The translations under genes were made by a program, and so were the position numbers. Below, piece after piece: positions 1 to 52,730 of a stretch of DNA of 64,000 bases. Position 1 is the first letter of the stretch. Every line of letters begins with the position of its first letter. Origin of the DNA: Macrostomum lignano (Eukaryota); assembly GCA_002269645.1 (NCBI GenBank), contig NIVC01002364.1, positions 62,001 through 126,000 on the forward strand. Direction: 5' to 3'. The notes below the pieces were generated by a model, which worked only from the letters and a program-made list of their open reading frames with translations, did not search any database and was not told the origin of the DNA.

Positions 1-123
1 GAGGCACCGGAATGTCTCAATATCAGTAACTCGAGAGGCACCGGAATGTCTCAATATCAGTAACTCGAGAGGCACCGGAATGTCTCAATATCAGTAACTC
101 GAGAGGCACCGGAATGTCTCAAT
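1..123. repeat. 34-bp minisatellite, about 3.6 copies (truncated by window edge)
   Basis: gaggcaccggaatgtctcaatatcagtaactcga at 1, 35, 69, 103. Confidence 0.9.
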
Positions 124-343
124 GTCAGCTTGCTCAAGAAATAAGAGAGACGATCCACCAAACAATTGAAGTCATTGAGAACGTGACGAGTGAGAAACGC
201 AACTAAAAAGTGACTCATCGTGTGAGTATCAAAGGATGTGCCGAACTCTTGGACGATGCCGCCGAAGGCATCTACCTACTGCCCCTAAAGTAAGCCCCTA
301 TTGCGATTGTTATTGTAATGCAGCCGAACTCAGGCCAACTCAC

Positions 344-39659
<39,316 letters not shown>

Positions 39660-39829
39660 TATTTGTTAGAAATAAATAAATAAAACTATCACACTAGTTG
39701 TTTGAATTCCTCTAGTTAAAAAGATAAACCAGAATAAACTAGTTCCATATTTTCTCGTATTTACACCAGTTTTTCAGTCGGGCCACGATCTGTTTCATAG
39801 AAATAGCTCTGCTCTGCTCTCTCTGTCTC

Positions 39830-39860
39830 TCATTGGCTGAAATCGCGCCAACCAATCAGG
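39830..39860. promoter_or_regulatory. Paired CCAAT boxes about 180 bp upstream of ITPR ATG
   Basis: cattggctg (39831) and accaatcag (39851) in opposite orientations in a GC-richer patch. Confidence 0.35.
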
Positions 39861-40224
39861 GCCGGCTGCACCAGCATTCAGCTTATTACAATACAAATGG
39901 TTACTAAGCACAGACATGAGTTGTATGATTCATACTAAAAAGCCTGCAGTTATTTAAAAGTTCATTTTTTGTTAATTGGCTTTCAATTGAAAAAGTTTGA
40001 AATGCTCTGGAACCGGATTCTGAGACCTTTTTCACGACCTCAGTTGATTTTAACAAAAGCGAGTGCTTTCTGGAAGGCCTTGCTAACGTTTTTAATTGGA
40101 ATTGAGGGCCTCTTTGCATCTTCTGCTTTATTTTTTAAGGGAAAATTTGAACAGAAGAATGGAGCTTCACAATTTTCAATTATTTAATTTAAGCTAATGA
40201 GTTTCAATAATGGAAAGGAAAACA

Positions 40225-40685
<461 letters not shown>

Positions 40686-41304
40686 AAACACTGAAAGACA
40701 GGCAATAGGACAAACACTGAAAGACAGGCAATAGAGCAGACACGAACTTGAATTTCCAGAAGCAGCCAAGGCTAGCCTGAGCAGAGCAAGGAACTGGAGA
40801 ATGCCGCACTGTCTATGGTCGATACAAATCTGCCGGCCTGTCTATCCCCGTCAATCAAACTTCTGGCCTTCAGTCTCTAAGGAGACGCCGCGTGAACTCT
40901 TAACTGGCTTGATTCTTGCGCTCAAGTTGAGAAAATCTTTTGGAATCCGAAAGCCCAAGGCAAGGATTGCTAGATAAAAATGAGAAAATCCTCCTTGCTC
41001 GCTTCTTCATTTTTCTGCTTTCGCAGATACTGTGAGTTCTTAGAAAACTCAAGTTTTTTCTTCAGTACGGAAATGCAACGTCTGTGGGTGCTCGAGTTCC
41101 AGATTCTAGCAAAAGCAAATCTAAGAGTCCTGTTCTCATTAGGCTGCGCAGAGTACACGAACAGAGGGCGATTAATATTCGTAGCTTTTTTGGAAGCAAA
41201 GAATAATTAAAAAATACCTGCTTCTTCCGATTGCAAAGGTCGACCAGGCCAGATTGACTTTTTATTTAACAGCGCAACGGAAACAACTTCTTTTCGCTCA
41301 TAAT

Positions 41305-41675
41305 GAGCCACCCAAAGCGGCACCCAAAGCGGCACCCAAAGCGCAACCCAAAGTGCCACCCAAAGCGCAACCCAAAGTGCCACCCAAAGCGCCACCCAAA
41401 GCACCACCCAAAGCACCACCCAAAGTGCCACCCAGAGCGCCACCCAAAGCGCCACCCAAACCACCACAAAAGCGCCCACAAGGGGCCACCTGAAGCGCCA
41501 CCCAAAGCGCCACCCAAACCACCACAAAAGCGCCCACAAGGGGCCACCTGAAGCGCCACCCAAAGCGCCACCCAAACCACCACAAAAGCGCCCACAAGGG
41601 GCCACCTGAAGCGCCACCCAAAGCGCCACCCAAACCACCACAAAAGCGCCACCTGAAGCGCCCCCAAAGCGCTTC
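41305..41675. repeat. 12-bp repeat with ~58-bp higher-order units
   Basis: gcgccacccaaa; block ccaccacaaaagcgcccacaaggggccacctgaa repeated. Confidence 0.9.
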
Positions 41676-42124
41676 CCCTCCGCAACAGCCAATAGAAATA
41701 ACTTTTTTCTAAACTTGACCCTTCATGCCTCAGACAACTGAAAGCATTCGCGCGAAGGGCCAGCTCAAAGGTCAGCCTACCAGAGTAGGCGGTTTTTATA
41801 GAAATGTTCGGCCCATAAAACAACAAAATGCACTCAAGACGGTTTCAACTAACCTAGCTTGTAGTGTTCACTTCGATTTTGTGCTCACCTCTTGAGCACG
41901 ATTTTGATGGAGCAGTGACACGAATAGGTTGACCTTTTCCAGCTCAAGTTCAAGGAAGAGAATAGTACGAAAAACACTTTTTTTACCTGGCTTGTCAACA
42001 ATTTTCGAAAAATAGGTCATAGAAACTAAATTTCTTCTTTTAGCCTGCAGTATTCCAGCGTAGTTGTCCAAACTTATAGTGCATCATATAATGAACCAGA
42101 TGTTTTCTTTAAAAATCTGATTAT

Positions 42125-42425
42125 CTAGCATCACTCAGCATCACCCAGCATCATTCAGCATCACACAGCATCATTCAGCATCACCCAGCATCACCCAGCA
42201 TCATTCAGCATCACCCAGCATCACCCAATATCATCCAGCATCACTCAGTATCATCCGGCATCACCCAGCATCATCCGGCATCACCCAACATCATCCAGCA
42301 TCACCCAGCATCATCCAGCATCACCCAGCATCATTCAGCATCACCCAGCATCACCCAATATCATCCGGCATCACCCAGCATCATCCGTCATCATCCAGCA
42401 TCACCCATCATCATCCGGCATCATC
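42125..42425. repeat. 10-bp repeat
   Basis: cagcatcacc / cagcatcatc. Confidence 0.9.
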
Positions 42426-42829
42426 TGACATTAGCCGGAATAATCGAAAACCATCTAAAATGAGCACCTTTTAAAAAACGCATTTAAAGCAAGTTTTTTG
42501 TTTATTTCTACTTATAGTAGTTATAGTAAAAACATTCAAATTAATGCGCAGTTTGTTTATTTAATTGTTAATCGATCGAAACGAAAGTTAAAACTTTCCA
42601 AATTTTCGCATGGATTCAAAATCCGGAGAAAAGTTAAGCGAGTCAGGAAAAATAGATGTTACAGATCTAATTTGTGGGAAGCAGGTTTTAGGGGCATCTG
42701 GAGTTTCACCAAAACAATTGTAGACTAAATATATTTTACGATGTTACACAATCATAACATTTTTGAGAAGCCTCAATCAATGGTATTTCAGGATGAAAGA
42801 CTGCGCACAACATTAAAGTTTCCAGGTGC

Positions 42830-45800
42830 TCAAATGAAAGCAAAATCAATAAACAAGTCATTGTCGTACACAGCAAACATGGCAACAAAGATTTTGCTGA
42901 TGAAAAGAATCTGCAAGTTTGGAGATAGCGCTGTTCCACCGCCAAAAAGTCTCAGCGTAATGTAGCTTTGAGTCTCGTTCGACAAATCAGAACTCGGTGA
43001 AGATGTGACAAAGTCGGTGACATTGTCGTCTGGCCAGTGAGCTGAGGACTCAATGCTCGCAGTTGAAGTCTCAGGTTCCATGTACGCGGTTGAAGTTGTA
43101 GGATTTGCAGGGCTGAAGTTTGTTTTTAAATTTGAGAATTTGCGGTCTAACGAAAGAAGTGTGCAATGTGCTCTCTGAGAATCTGCAGGGTGTGCATTCT
43201 CCTGTCTAATCTCCCTCTGATCTCTCTGATCTCGCTTCCTCTCCTTTCTCTAATCTCACCCCTTTCTTTTCTAATCTGACTCCCTCTCCCTTCTCTAATC
43301 TCCCTCTCTCACCTCTCCGTTTGCTAATCTCCTACTCTCACCTCTTCCTTCTCTAATCTCACTTTCTCACCTCTCTATTCTCTAATCTCCCTCTCTCACC
43401 TCTCCCTTCTCTAATCTTCCTCTCTCACCTCTCCCTTCTCTAATCTCCCTCTGTCACGTCTTTCTTCTCTAATCTCCCTCTCTCACCTCTCCGTTTTCTA
43501 ATCTCCTAGTCTCACCTCTCACTTCTCTAATCTCCCTTTCTCACCTCTCACTTCTCTAATCTCGCTCTCACCTCTCAATTCTCTAATCTCACTCCCTCAC
43601 CCCTCTCTAATCTCCCCCTCTCCCTTCTCTAATCTCCCTCTCTCCTATCTTCCTTCTCTAATCTCAATTTCTCACCTCTCTATTCTCTAATCTCCCTCTC
43701 TCACCTCTCACTACTCTAATCTCGCTCTCACCTCTCACTTCTCTAATCTCACTCGCTCACCCCTCTCTAATCTCCCCCCTCTCCCTTCTCTAATCTCCCC
43801 CTCTCCCTTCTCTAATCTCCCTCTCTCCTATCTTCCTTCTCTAATCTCAATTTCTCACCTCTCTATTCTCTAATCTCCCTCTCTCACCTCTCACTACTCT
43901 AATCTCGCTCTCACCTCTCACTTCTCTAATCTCACTCGCTCACCCCTCTCTAATCTCCCCCCTCTCCCTTCTCTAATCTCCCCCTCTCCCTTCTCTAATC
44001 TCCCTCTCTCCTATCTTCCTTCTCTAATCTCAATTTCTCACCTCTCTATTCTCTAATCTCCCTCTCTCACCTCTCACTTCTCTAATCTCCCTTTCTCACC
44101 TCTCACTTTTCTAATCTCGCTCTCACCTCTCACTTCTCTAATCTCACTCCCTCACCCCTCTCTAATCTCCCCCCTCTCCCTTCTCTAATCTCACCCCTTC
44201 ACTCACTCATCTCCCGCAGAACTCACCTGGTCTCAGCTAAATCAGTAGACTCATCTTCTTCATTCTGCCGGTTCGTACAGGCCAAGCTTCTATTGTCAGC
44301 CCTCACCAGCACCGGCTTGCAGTCCACTGCGAATGTCCAGACGCACTCAGATGCGGTATGAGCTTCAGTCTGAGCGCTGACCAGCCTGAATTAGACAGGA
44401 GTCAGTTGTTGAAGTCTGTGAATACGCTCGTATGTGCATCAGATACATACGCCGGTTCTTACTCCCAATCTGCCTGTCACTTATTCTCACTCCTAATCTG
44501 TCTGTCACACTTATTCTCACTCCTAATCTGTCTGTCACACTTATTCTCACTCCTAATCTGTCTGTCACACTTATTCTCACTCCTAATCTGTCTATTACAC
44601 TTATTCTCACTCCTAATCTGTCTGTCACACTTATTCTCACTCCTAATCTGTCTGTCACACTTATTCTCACTCCTAATCTGTCTATCACACTTTTTCTCAA
44701 TTCTAATCTGTCTGTCACACTTATTCTTACTCCTAATCTATCTGCCACACTTATTCTCACTTCTAATCTATCTGTCACACTTATTCTCACTCCTAATCTG
44801 TCTGTCACACTTATTCTCACTCCTAATCTGTCTGTCACACTTATTCTCACTCCTAATCTGTCTGTCACACTTATTCTCACTCCTAATCTGTCTGTCACAC
44901 ATTTTCTCAATTCTAATCTATCTGTCACGTAATATTCTCACTCATAATCTATCTGTCACAATTATACTCAATTCTAATCTATCTGTCACGTAATATTTTC
45001 ACTCCTAATCTATCTGTCACACTTATTCTCACTCCTAATCTGTCTGTCACACTTATTCTCACTCCTTATCTGTCTGTCACACTTATTCTCACTCCTTATC
45101 TGTCTGTCACACTTATTCTCACTCCTAATCTGTCTGTCACACTTATTCTCACTCCTAATCTGTCTGTCACACTTTTTCTCAATTCGAATCTATCTGTCAC
45201 GTAATATTCTCACTCATAATCTATCTGTCACACTTATTCTCACTCCTAATCTGTCTGTCACGTAATATTCTCACTCCTAATCTGTCTGTCACACTTATTC
45301 TCACTCCTAATCTGTCTGTCACGTAATATTCTCACTCCTAATCTGTCTGTCACACTTATTCTCACTCCTAATCTGTCTGTCACACTTATTCTCACTCCTA
45401 ATCTATTCTATCTGTCACACTTTTTCTCAATTCTAATCTATCTGTCACGTAATATTCTCACTCCTAATCTGTCTGTCACACTTATTCTCACTCCTAATCT
45501 GTCTGTCACACTTATTCTCACTCCTAATCTATTCTATGTGTCACAATTATACTCAATTCTAATCTGTCAGCCATCTTCTCTCCAAACGATCTGTCACTTT
45601 CGCTTACTCGGTGCAACTCTGCTCCACAGTCCGGTAGCTGGAGCCCGTCCGATACACAGCCCGACACTCGTGCAGGCAGTGCCCTGACCAGCCAAAATAT
45701 TTCCTATAGATCAGCACTCGCCCCTGGCCGCCGCTCCCGCCTCTCTCCCGCAGGACGCTGATACGGACAGGCCATAGACTATTGATGACAGCGTCGGCTA

Positions 45801-48590
45801 GGAATGCCAAATGACGGCTGCCATTGAAGTCTGTAGAAAAATATGAATGATAAATATATGAATCTATGGGATGAAAACAACTAAATTGGTAGTACTGACA
45901 AGCTGTCTTCGTTAATTTACTTGATGCCTGAGATAACTTATGAGACTTATCATATAACAATTATCTCCAATCTTACTGACTAGATCTCTAACCCCAATGA
46001 CTAGATCTCCAACCCTCTAGATCCTCAACCATACTGACTAGATAAACACCTGTAGAAGCAAAACAAACTCATTGACGATCTTACACTGCACAACGGAGTA
46101 GCTGTACTTTATAAACAGAGTGTTGTCGAATCCAAAATCATTGTTGATCGACGAAACTTTCGGCCAAAACTGATCCGGATTGCTCACGAACGTTGTCGTC
46201 CGATCCAAGCAGGTGAAATTTTGGTTAGAGATGTCAGTTTCAACTAGCTGACCGCCGCTTGTCAGATGCCACTGACAATTGTCAGCGGCTGGCCAAGGTG
46301 CTTCCGGAGTTGACAAACTGCAATTTAGTAGGTTTCTTGCAAGTTAAAGCATGTCCCTTCATCTCTGTGCCTTCATCTCTGTGCCTTCATCTCTGTGCCT
46401 TCATCTCTTGGATCTTCATCTCTGTCCCTTCATCTCTGTTCCTTCATCTCTGTGCCTTCATCTCTGTGCCTTCATCTCTGTCCCTTCATCTCTTGGATCT
46501 TCATCTCTGTCCCTTCATCTCTGTTCCTTCATCTCTGTCCCTTCATCTCTGTGCCTTCATCTCTGTGCCTTCATCTCTTGGATCTTCATCTCTGTCCCTT
46601 CATCTCTGTGCCTTCATCTCTGTGCCTTCATCTCTGTCCCTTCATCTCTTGGATCTTCATCTCTGTCCCTTCATCTCTGTTCCTTCATCTCTGTCCCTTC
46701 ATCTCTGTGCCTTCATCTCTGTGCCTTCATCTCTGTCCCTTCATCTCTGTCCCTTCATCTCTGTCCCTTCATCTCTGTCCCTTCATCTCTTGGATATTCA
46801 TCTCTGTCCCTTCATTTCTGTCCCTTCATCTCTGTCCCTTCATCTCTGTCCCTTCATCTCTGTCCCTTCATCTCTGCCCCTTCATCTCTGTCCCTTCATC
46901 TCTGTCCCTTCATCTCTGTCCCTTCATCTCTGTCCCTTCATCTCTGTCCCTTCATCTCTGTCCCTTCATCTCTGTCCCTTCATCTCTGTCCCTTCATCTC
47001 TGTCCCTTCATCTCTTGGATATTCATCTCTGTCCCTTCATCTCCGTCCCTTCATCTCTTGGATCTTCATCTCTGTCCCTTCATCTCTGTCCCTTCATCTC
47101 TGTCCCTTCATCTCCGTCCCTTCATCTCCGTCCCTTCATCTCCGTCCCTTCATCTCTGTTCCTTCATCTCTGTCCCTTCATCTCTTGGATCTTCATCTCT
47201 GTCCCTTCATCTCCGTCCCTTCATCTCTTGGATCTTCATCTCTGTCCCTTCATCTCTGTCCCTTCATCTCCGTCCCTTCATCTCTGTCCCTTCATCTCCG
47301 TCCCTTCATCTCTTGGATCTTCATCTCTGTCCCTTCATCTCTGTCCCTTCATCTCGCTACTTACTCGGAACAGTTGCTAAAAGCTCCAACAGAACTGTAA
47401 GTGCACAGGCATCGCAGACCCGTGAGATTCAATAACAATGGGAAAACATCGGAGCCTGTAGCATTGTCTCCAGTCAGCTGCTGTGTTGATCCGAGAAATT
47501 CTGGACCTGAGGCCTGGTGCAGTCCCGGCACACCGTCTATGGTCACGGTGGCTCTGGTGTAGGGCATCAGGGAACCGCCCACGTCTGCGAATGCGAACAA
47601 AATCAACGGTGGAACGGATGGAGTGACTCTTTGGTGTGATTGATCTTTTACTAGAGTGATTGTCTGGAGTGATCATATACTCGAGTCACCATCTAATTGA
47701 TTGACTATCTAGTGTGACCATCTAGTGTGACCACCTGGAGTGATAACCTACTAGAGTGACTATCTGGAGTGACTATCTGGAGTGACCATCTAGAGTGACT
47801 ATCTAGAGCGACTATCTAGAGTGACCATTCTAGAGTGACCATCTAGAGTGACCATCTAGAGTGACCATCTAGAGTGACCATCTTGAGTGACCATCTAGAG
47901 TGACCATCTAGAGTGACCATCTAGAGTGACCATTCTAGTGTGACCATCTTGAGTGACCATCTTGAGTGACCATCTAGAGTGACCATCTAGAGTGACTATC
48001 TAGAATGACCATCTAGAATGACTATCTAGAGTGACTATCTGGAGTGAGCATCTAGAGTGACCATCTAGAGTGACCATCTGGAGTGACCATCTGGAGTGAC
48101 TATCTAGAGTGACTATCTAGAGTGACTATCTGGAGTGACTATCTAGAGTGACCATCTGGAGTGACCATCTGGAGTGACTATCTAGAGTGACTATCTAGAG
48201 TGACTATCTGGAGTGACTATCTAGAGTGACCATCTGGAGTGACCATCATAGCACCGGGCATTGCAAGACTTCAGATAACTGTATAAGAACACCAATGCTC
48301 CCAAAAGCAATAACATATAGAACTGAAACAGCATTCCAGAGTCCATAATAGCTCGTACAAACATTGAGAAAATTCTCACAGGCACAAGCAGCCAATACTC
48401 AGAGGCACTTACACTCGCTAGCTAAAACCATTGAATTGAGACGAGCAGTTCTACCAGATACATCCGAGCAGCCGTGGGTTTTCGTTGATGAAGCTGCAAT
48501 ACCCGTTGTCGGGGATGCAGCCGACAATTGGACAATGAGAATTGCCGCCGCAACGGATAGCAACTGCCTAGCAACGGGGGCAGCAACCAT
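42830..48590 (-). CDS. Six-exon, 431-aa secreted or cell-surface glycoprotein of unknown family
   Basis: Exons 48413-48590, 47365-47584, 46085-46317, 45608-45830, 44227-44385, 42830-43112; five GT-AG junctions with matching phases 1,2,1,2,2; signal peptide MVAAPVARQLLSVAAAILIVQLSAA; 12 Cys, 8 N-x-S/T sequons, Ser/Thr stalk, hydrophobic C-terminus. Confidence 0.8.
43200..44210. repeat. CT-rich minisatellite
   Basis: ctctaatctccctctctcacct variants with internal block duplication. Confidence 0.92.
44475..45570. repeat. 30-bp minisatellite
   Basis: ttattctcactcctaatctgtctgtcacac. Confidence 0.96.
46355..47353. repeat. 14-bp minisatellite
   Basis: ttcatctctgtccc interspersed with tcttggatc variants. 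Confidence 0.96.
47700..48245. repeat. 13-bp minisatellite
   Basis: gagtgaccatcta. Confidence 0.95.
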
Positions 48591-49331
48591 TCCGATCTTC
48601 TTGGCTAGCCAGTCCTGTTACGGTAGAAAGGGAGTCGATATAGGAGATATGCATACTTTTTTCCTCAGTGTAGCTATGGAAATCCCGTGAGTGAGTTTTG
48701 TGTCAGTCACCCACGGGAAAGTGGATGGGAAAGGACACTTGTGCAAACAGACAGACAGGCAGATAGGCTCAAAAAATGAAGCTATGAAAACAAAGGAAGG
48801 ATTTGAGAGGAGGGGTGAGAATGGGAGAGGGGAGAAAGTCCGGGACCCCCGCTGCCTACCAGCGGGGTGGGAAAGGATGCGAGTGGAGTAGTGGTTAATT
48901 AGCATTAATGATGGGGAACAGGGAGCTGAGAATCGAAGGGACGGGATTTGATGGTTGAGGATTAAGAAATGTTAGAAAGAAAAATTAACTACCAGGTAGG
49001 TAGGTAGGTGGATCCGTTGAGTGTAGGTAAATAGATTGGTAGGTGGACTGGAAGATAGGTAGGTAGATCAGTAGATAGATATACATAGATTGATTGATAG
49101 GTAGATTAGTAGATAGGTAGGTAGATTAGTTAGGTAGATAGATTAGTACGAGCTAAAGTAGCCAGGTAACCAAGGTATTGTATGTCAGATAGATAGGTAA
49201 CTCGATACTCTGGTAGTTAGATAACTATGTGGGTAGACAGGAGGTAACTAGGTAGGTATAAGGATATTAAGGAAGCTAGGTACGTTTTAAAGCAGATTAG
49301 AAGGTACAAATTAATAGACAAACGTGTAGGT

Positions 49332-49770
49332 CAGGGGTCGGCAATCCTTTTTTACCTCAAGGGGCGGATAAAAAATCCAGCTCATGGCTGCTGGTAATAT
49401 GAGAGTGGAAAGGAGAGAGAATAAATGAGAGAAGAGAAGAGAAGACGAGAGAAAAAGAAGAGAAGGGAGAAAGGGAAGAGGGGAGAGAGGGGAGAGAGGG
49501 GAGAGGGGAGAGAGTGGAGTGGAGAGGGTGGAGAGAGGAGAGAGAAGAGAGGTGAGAGAAGAGAGGGAAGAGGAGAGGGGAGAGAGTAGAGGGGAGGGGA
49601 GAGAGTAGATGGGAGGGAGAGGAGAGAGGAGAGAAGGGATGGAGCTGAGAAAAGACACAAACATTGAGCGGTCTGGATGGCTATTGTGAACTTTCAGAGG
49701 ACACGACGGCCGGATAGAGAGGCTTCAAGGGGCCGCATGTGACCCGCGGGCCGGAGTCAGTCGGCCCCTG
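49332..49770. mobile_element. Non-autonomous hAT (Charlie/Buster-like) MITE
   Basis: TIRs CAGGGGTCGGC / CAGGGGCCGAC (9/11); 8-bp TSD gtgTAggt (49324-49331) / atgTAggt (49771-49778); subterminal ggccgcatgtgacccgcgggccg; internal GA-rich tract. Confidence 0.75.
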
Positions 49771-50084
49771 ATGTAGGTATTTAAGGTGGGTAGCTAGATT
49801 TGTAGACAAGTAGAAAAAGATTGAAAATATAAGAAAATATAGAAGAAGCAGTAGTTAAACCATGTCGTCAACAATTGACATTTGAATAAACAGACGACTA
49901 AACCCAGGGGCCGACAGTTTAAACTGACTGACAGAATTCAGTACTCGCTTTGATATTGACAAGATCAAACATCACTTGAGTAAGCAGTGCAGTGAGCTGG
50001 AATTCTTTATACTCGCTGCTATCAAACGGAAATGTTAGTTCAAAACAGCTCTAAAATTTCTTTCCGAGACAATAGACCACTCAT

Positions 50085-52255
50085 GTGACAGAGGGGAGGG
50101 AGTCACTACTGTAAGAATGGCATCTCACTGCTGTGTGACAGAGAGGAGTCACTACTGTAAGAATGGCATCTCACTGCTGTGTGACAGAGAGGAGTCACTA
50201 CCGTAAGAATGGCATCTCACTGCTGTGTGACAGAAGGAGTCACTACCGTAAGAATGGCATCTCATTGCTGTGTGACAGAGGAGTCACTACCGTAAGAATT
50301 GACTGTGTGACAGAGGAGAGTCACTACCGTAAGAATTGACTGTGTGACAGAGGAGAGTCACTACCGTAAGAATGGCATCTCATTGCTGTGTGACAGAGAA
50401 GTCACTACCCTAAGAATTGGCTGTGTGACAGAGGAGAGTCACTACCGTAAGAATGGCATCTCATTGCTGTGTGACAGAGGAGAGTCACTACGGTAAGAAT
50501 GGCATCTCATTGCTGTGTGACAGAGAAGTCACTACCGTAAGAATTGACTGTGTGACAGAGGAGAGTCACTACCGTAAGAATGGCATCTCACTGCTGTGTG
50601 ACAGAGGAGAGTCACTACCGTAAGAACGGCATCTCATTGCTGTGTGACAGAGGAGAGTCACTACCGTAAGAATGGCATCTCATTGCTGTGTGACAGAGGA
50701 GAGTCACTACCGTAAGAATTGACTGTGTGACAGAGGAGAGTCACTACCGTAAGAATGGCATCTCATTGCTGTGTGACAGAGAAGTCACTACCCTAAGAAT
50801 TGGCTGTGTGACAGAGGAGAGTCACTACCGTAAGAATGGCATCTCATTGCTGTGTGACAGAGGAGAGTCACTACCGTAAGAATGGCATCTCATTGCTGTG
50901 TGACAGAGAAGTCACTACCGTAAGAATTGACTGTGTGACAGAGGAGAGTCACTACCGTAAGAATGGCATCTCACTGCTGTGTGACAGAGGAGAGTCACTA
51001 CCGTAAGAACGGCATCTCATTGCTGTGTGACAGAGGAGAGTCACTACCGTAAGAATGGCATCTCATTGCTGTGTGACAGAGGAGAGTCACTACCGTAAGA
51101 ATTGACTGTGTGACAGAGGAGAGTCACTACCGTAAGAATTGACTGTGTGACAGAGGAGAGTCACTACCGTAAGAATGGAATCTCATTGCTGTGTGACAGA
51201 GAAGTCACTACCGTAAGAATGGAATCTCATTGCTGTGTGACAGAGAAGTCACTACCGTAAGAATTGACTGTGTGACAGAGGAGAGTCACTACCGTAAGAA
51301 TGGCATCTCATTGCTGTGTGACAGAGAGGAGTCACTACCGTAAGAATGGCATCTCATTGCTGTGTGACAGAGGAGAGTCACTACCGTAAGAATGGCATCT
51401 CATTGCTGTGTGACAGAGGAGTCACTACCGTAAGAATTGACTGTGTGACAGAGGAGAGTCACTACCGTAAGAATTGACTGTGTGACAGAGGAGAGTCACT
51501 ACCGTAAGAATGGAATCTCATTGCTGTGTGACAGAGAAGTCACTACCGTAAGAATTGACTGTGTGACAGAGGAGAGTCACTACCGTAAGAATGGCATCTC
51601 ATTGCTGTGTAACAGAGAGGAGTCACTACTGTAAGAATGGAATCTCATTGCTGTGTGACAGAGAAGTCACTACCGTAAGAATTGACTGTGTGACAGAGGA
51701 GAGTCACTACCGTAAGAACGGCATCTCACTGCTGTGTGACAGAGAGGAGTCACTACTGTAAGAATGGAATCTCATTGCTGTGTGACAGAGAAGTCACTAC
51801 CGTAAGAATTGGCTGTGTGACAGAGGAGAGTCACTACCGTAAGAATTGACATCTCATTGCTGTGTGACAGAGAAGTCACTACCGTAAGAATTTACATCTC
51901 ATTGCTGTGTGACAGAGAGGAGTCACTACCGTAAGAATGGCATCTCACTGCTGTGTGACAGAGAAGTCACTACCGTAAGAATTGACTGTGTGACAGAGAA
52001 GTCACTACCGTAAGAATTGACTGTGTGACAGAGGAGAGTCACTACCGTAAGAATGGCATCTCATTGCTGTGTGACAGAGAGGAGTCACTACCGTAAGAAT
52101 GGCATCTCATTGCTGTGTGACAGAGGAGAGTCACCACCGTAAGAATTGACTGTGTGACAGAGGAGAGTCACCACCGTAAGAATTGACATCTCATTGCTGT
52201 GTGACAGAGGAGAGTCACTACCGTAAGAATTGACATCTCATTGCTGTGTGACAGA
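50085..52255. repeat. Composite 46/37-bp minisatellite
   Basis: Constant gtgtgacagaggagagtcactaccgtaagaat followed by ggcatctcattgct or tgact. Confidence 0.96.
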
Positions 52256-52666
52256 GGGAAGGCCACAGTCTCTCACTGTCAGAAGTAACTCATATAATTA
52301 CTGCACAAAATGCTAAACATGATTACTTACCCGTGTGAAAATTCTCCTAGAATTTCGAATTTCGATAGAATTTCCCCAAGTGAACAACAGCGCCAATATC
52401 TGCGTTCAAAGGCTCAAGTTGGTGCAGCAGCTGAGGCTACTCAAAATATAAATGGGCAGCATTGTTGCAGTGAATTTTTGGCAAGCAGTTTTATGGTCTA
52501 ACTAGTACAGACTCTAATCAGGGGTGCATGCGATTGGTCAGATATAATTTAGGGCTGCATGCAGGCCAATGAAGTTAAGCGATGAGTGGGTATAATACTG
52601 GACCTACTAGTGAGTAGTGCAGGCGAATGCAACTATTGAATAGTGTTCTAGTACCCCCAACACTAT

Positions 52667-52730
52667 GACCAGGTGGTCTAGCACGGCGCTTTCATGTGCC
52701 AGCGGCCCAGGTTCGATTCCAAGTGCAGTT
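52667..52730 (+). pseudogene. tRNA-Glu(TTC)-derived sequence (pseudogene or SINE head)
   Basis: ggtggtctag..cggcgctttca..gcc.gcggcccaggttcgattcc follows metazoan tRNA-Glu (GGTGGTCTAG..CGGCGCTTTCACCGCCGCGGCCCGGGTTCGATTCC); D-arm partly deleted, acceptor stem unpaired, B-box intact. Confidence 0.65.

Noticed and set aside
49905-49915. Extra copy of the hAT TIR (caggggccgac)
   Set aside because: No matching opposite end or TSD found downstream, so it cannot be called a second element.
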